Shown in pieces: positions 63,061 through 64,000 of a stretch of 64,000 nucleotides of DNA. Under the pieces are notes generated by a model, which was not told the origin of the DNA, searched no databases, and saw only the letters and a list, made by a program, of their open reading frames with translations. Position 1 is the first letter of the stretch; each line of letters opens with the position of its first letter. Both the position numbers and the translations under genes were made by a program. Source of the stretch: Chiloscyllium plagiosum (taxonomy: Eukaryota); contig NC_057752.1 of the NCBI RefSeq assembly GCF_004010195.1, positions 427,942-491,941 on the forward strand. Reading direction: 5' to 3'.

Positions 63061-63965
63061 CTTGCGGTGGGATCCCGTCCGCACTCACCCCAGCCAGGAA
63101 AGAATTTCACATTGGCCCCAAGGTCCCGTACTTCCCGTGGGAGCCTGTGCCCCACAACCTGAGCCGCCTCCGGAATTTTAATTTTGTTTCTTTCAAGGAT
63201 GTAAAAAGAAGGGCCCTGTATAGACTGCTGCTGCACACCGTCCACCTCTTCTGCCTCATCCACCATCCGGACACGCCTTGGCGTGCCCATTTGCCACCGG
63301 GCGGTGGGGATTCCCAGTGGAGNNNNNNNNNNNNNNNNNNNNNNNNNNNNNNNNNNNNNNNNNNNNNNNNNNNNNNNNNNNNNNNNNNNNNNNNNNNNNN
63401 NNNNNNNNNNNNNNNNNNNNNNNNNNNNNNNNNNNNNNNNNNNNNNNNNNNNNNNNNNNNNNNNNNNNNNNNNNNNNNNNNNNNNNNNNNNNNNNNNNNN
63501 NNNNNNNNNNNNNNNNNNNNNNNNNNNNNNNNNNNNNNNNNNNNNNNNNNNNNNNNNNNNNNNNNNNNNNNNNNNNNNNNNNNNNNNNNNNNNNNNNNNN
63601 NNNNNNNNNNNNNNNNNNNNNNNTATTTCCCCCTCCAACTCTATTTTGATTTAGTCCCTACCCTCCCCTTCACTATTTGATCACACAGCATTGCCTTTTG
63701 TGAAGGGCACTGCTTGTCACTGGCCACTCGGGTGTTTCCTTTCTTCCTGGTGGTGGAAACTGAATAAAGGTTCATGCACCTTGTGTCTTTCACTGTGTCT
63801 CACACCTGCACACACACACCATGGGTGCTGGGGGTAAAAATAAGCACTACCAGAGTTAGGCGGTAGTGTGGGGGTTAAAGAAAAAAATATATAAACAGGA
63901 GCGTCCCTTTGATGTGAAGGGCACTGCTTGTCACAGGCCACTCGGGTGTTTAAAAAAAAAGAGAA
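63061..63965 (+). mobile_element. Tx1-like LINE 3' part with A-rich end, spanning an assembly gap
   Basis: 63061-63165 is homologous to 16445-16555. ORF piece RALYRLLLHTVHLFCLIHHPDTPWR. AATAAA and A-rich tails follow the gap. Confidence 0.7.
63323..63623. other. Assembly gap (301 N)
   Basis: Run of N. Confidence 1.
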
Positions 63966-64000
63966 AAACATGAATCTACCTCCTTGTGGGTCTGCTCCTG

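Noticed and set aside
62931..63680. Long ORFs containing X runs
   Set aside because: Artefacts of the 301-N gap.
51575..64000. MARCHF9 first coding exon (CRICFQ-type RING start)
   Set aside because: No such motif found in the ORF track or by eye. It is presumably outside the window; the N gap appears to lie inside a LINE.

Overview
Vertebrate genomic DNA, almost certainly from a shark or other elasmobranch, judging by the HE1 V-SINE, HER1/CR1 LINEs and Deu-domain SINEs. The only host gene I can support is MARCHF9 (RING-CH membrane E3 ligase) on the minus strand. Its last three coding exons are at 51419-51574, 38211-38403 and 33424-33746, with exact GT-AG boundaries; the N-terminal exon is not in the sequenced bases here. 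The rest is mostly nested, decayed retroelements: CR1/HER1, L1/Tx1-like, a two-LTR Ty3/Gypsy relic, Penelope-like elements (PLEs) and SINEs. The most interesting signals are: (i) about ten minimal hammerhead-ribozyme cores of three sequence families in PLE terminal repeats, two of them sense to the MARCHF9 intron; (ii) tiny fold-back or terminal-repeat-only PLE insertions with long TSDs; (iii) a tandem cluster of short tRNA-derived SINEs around a tRNA-Asp pseudogene, abutting a Tx1-like LINE. There is no CRISPR array or prokaryotic system. Family names come from motif recognition, not database searches, and repeat boundaries are approximate unless TSDs are quoted.
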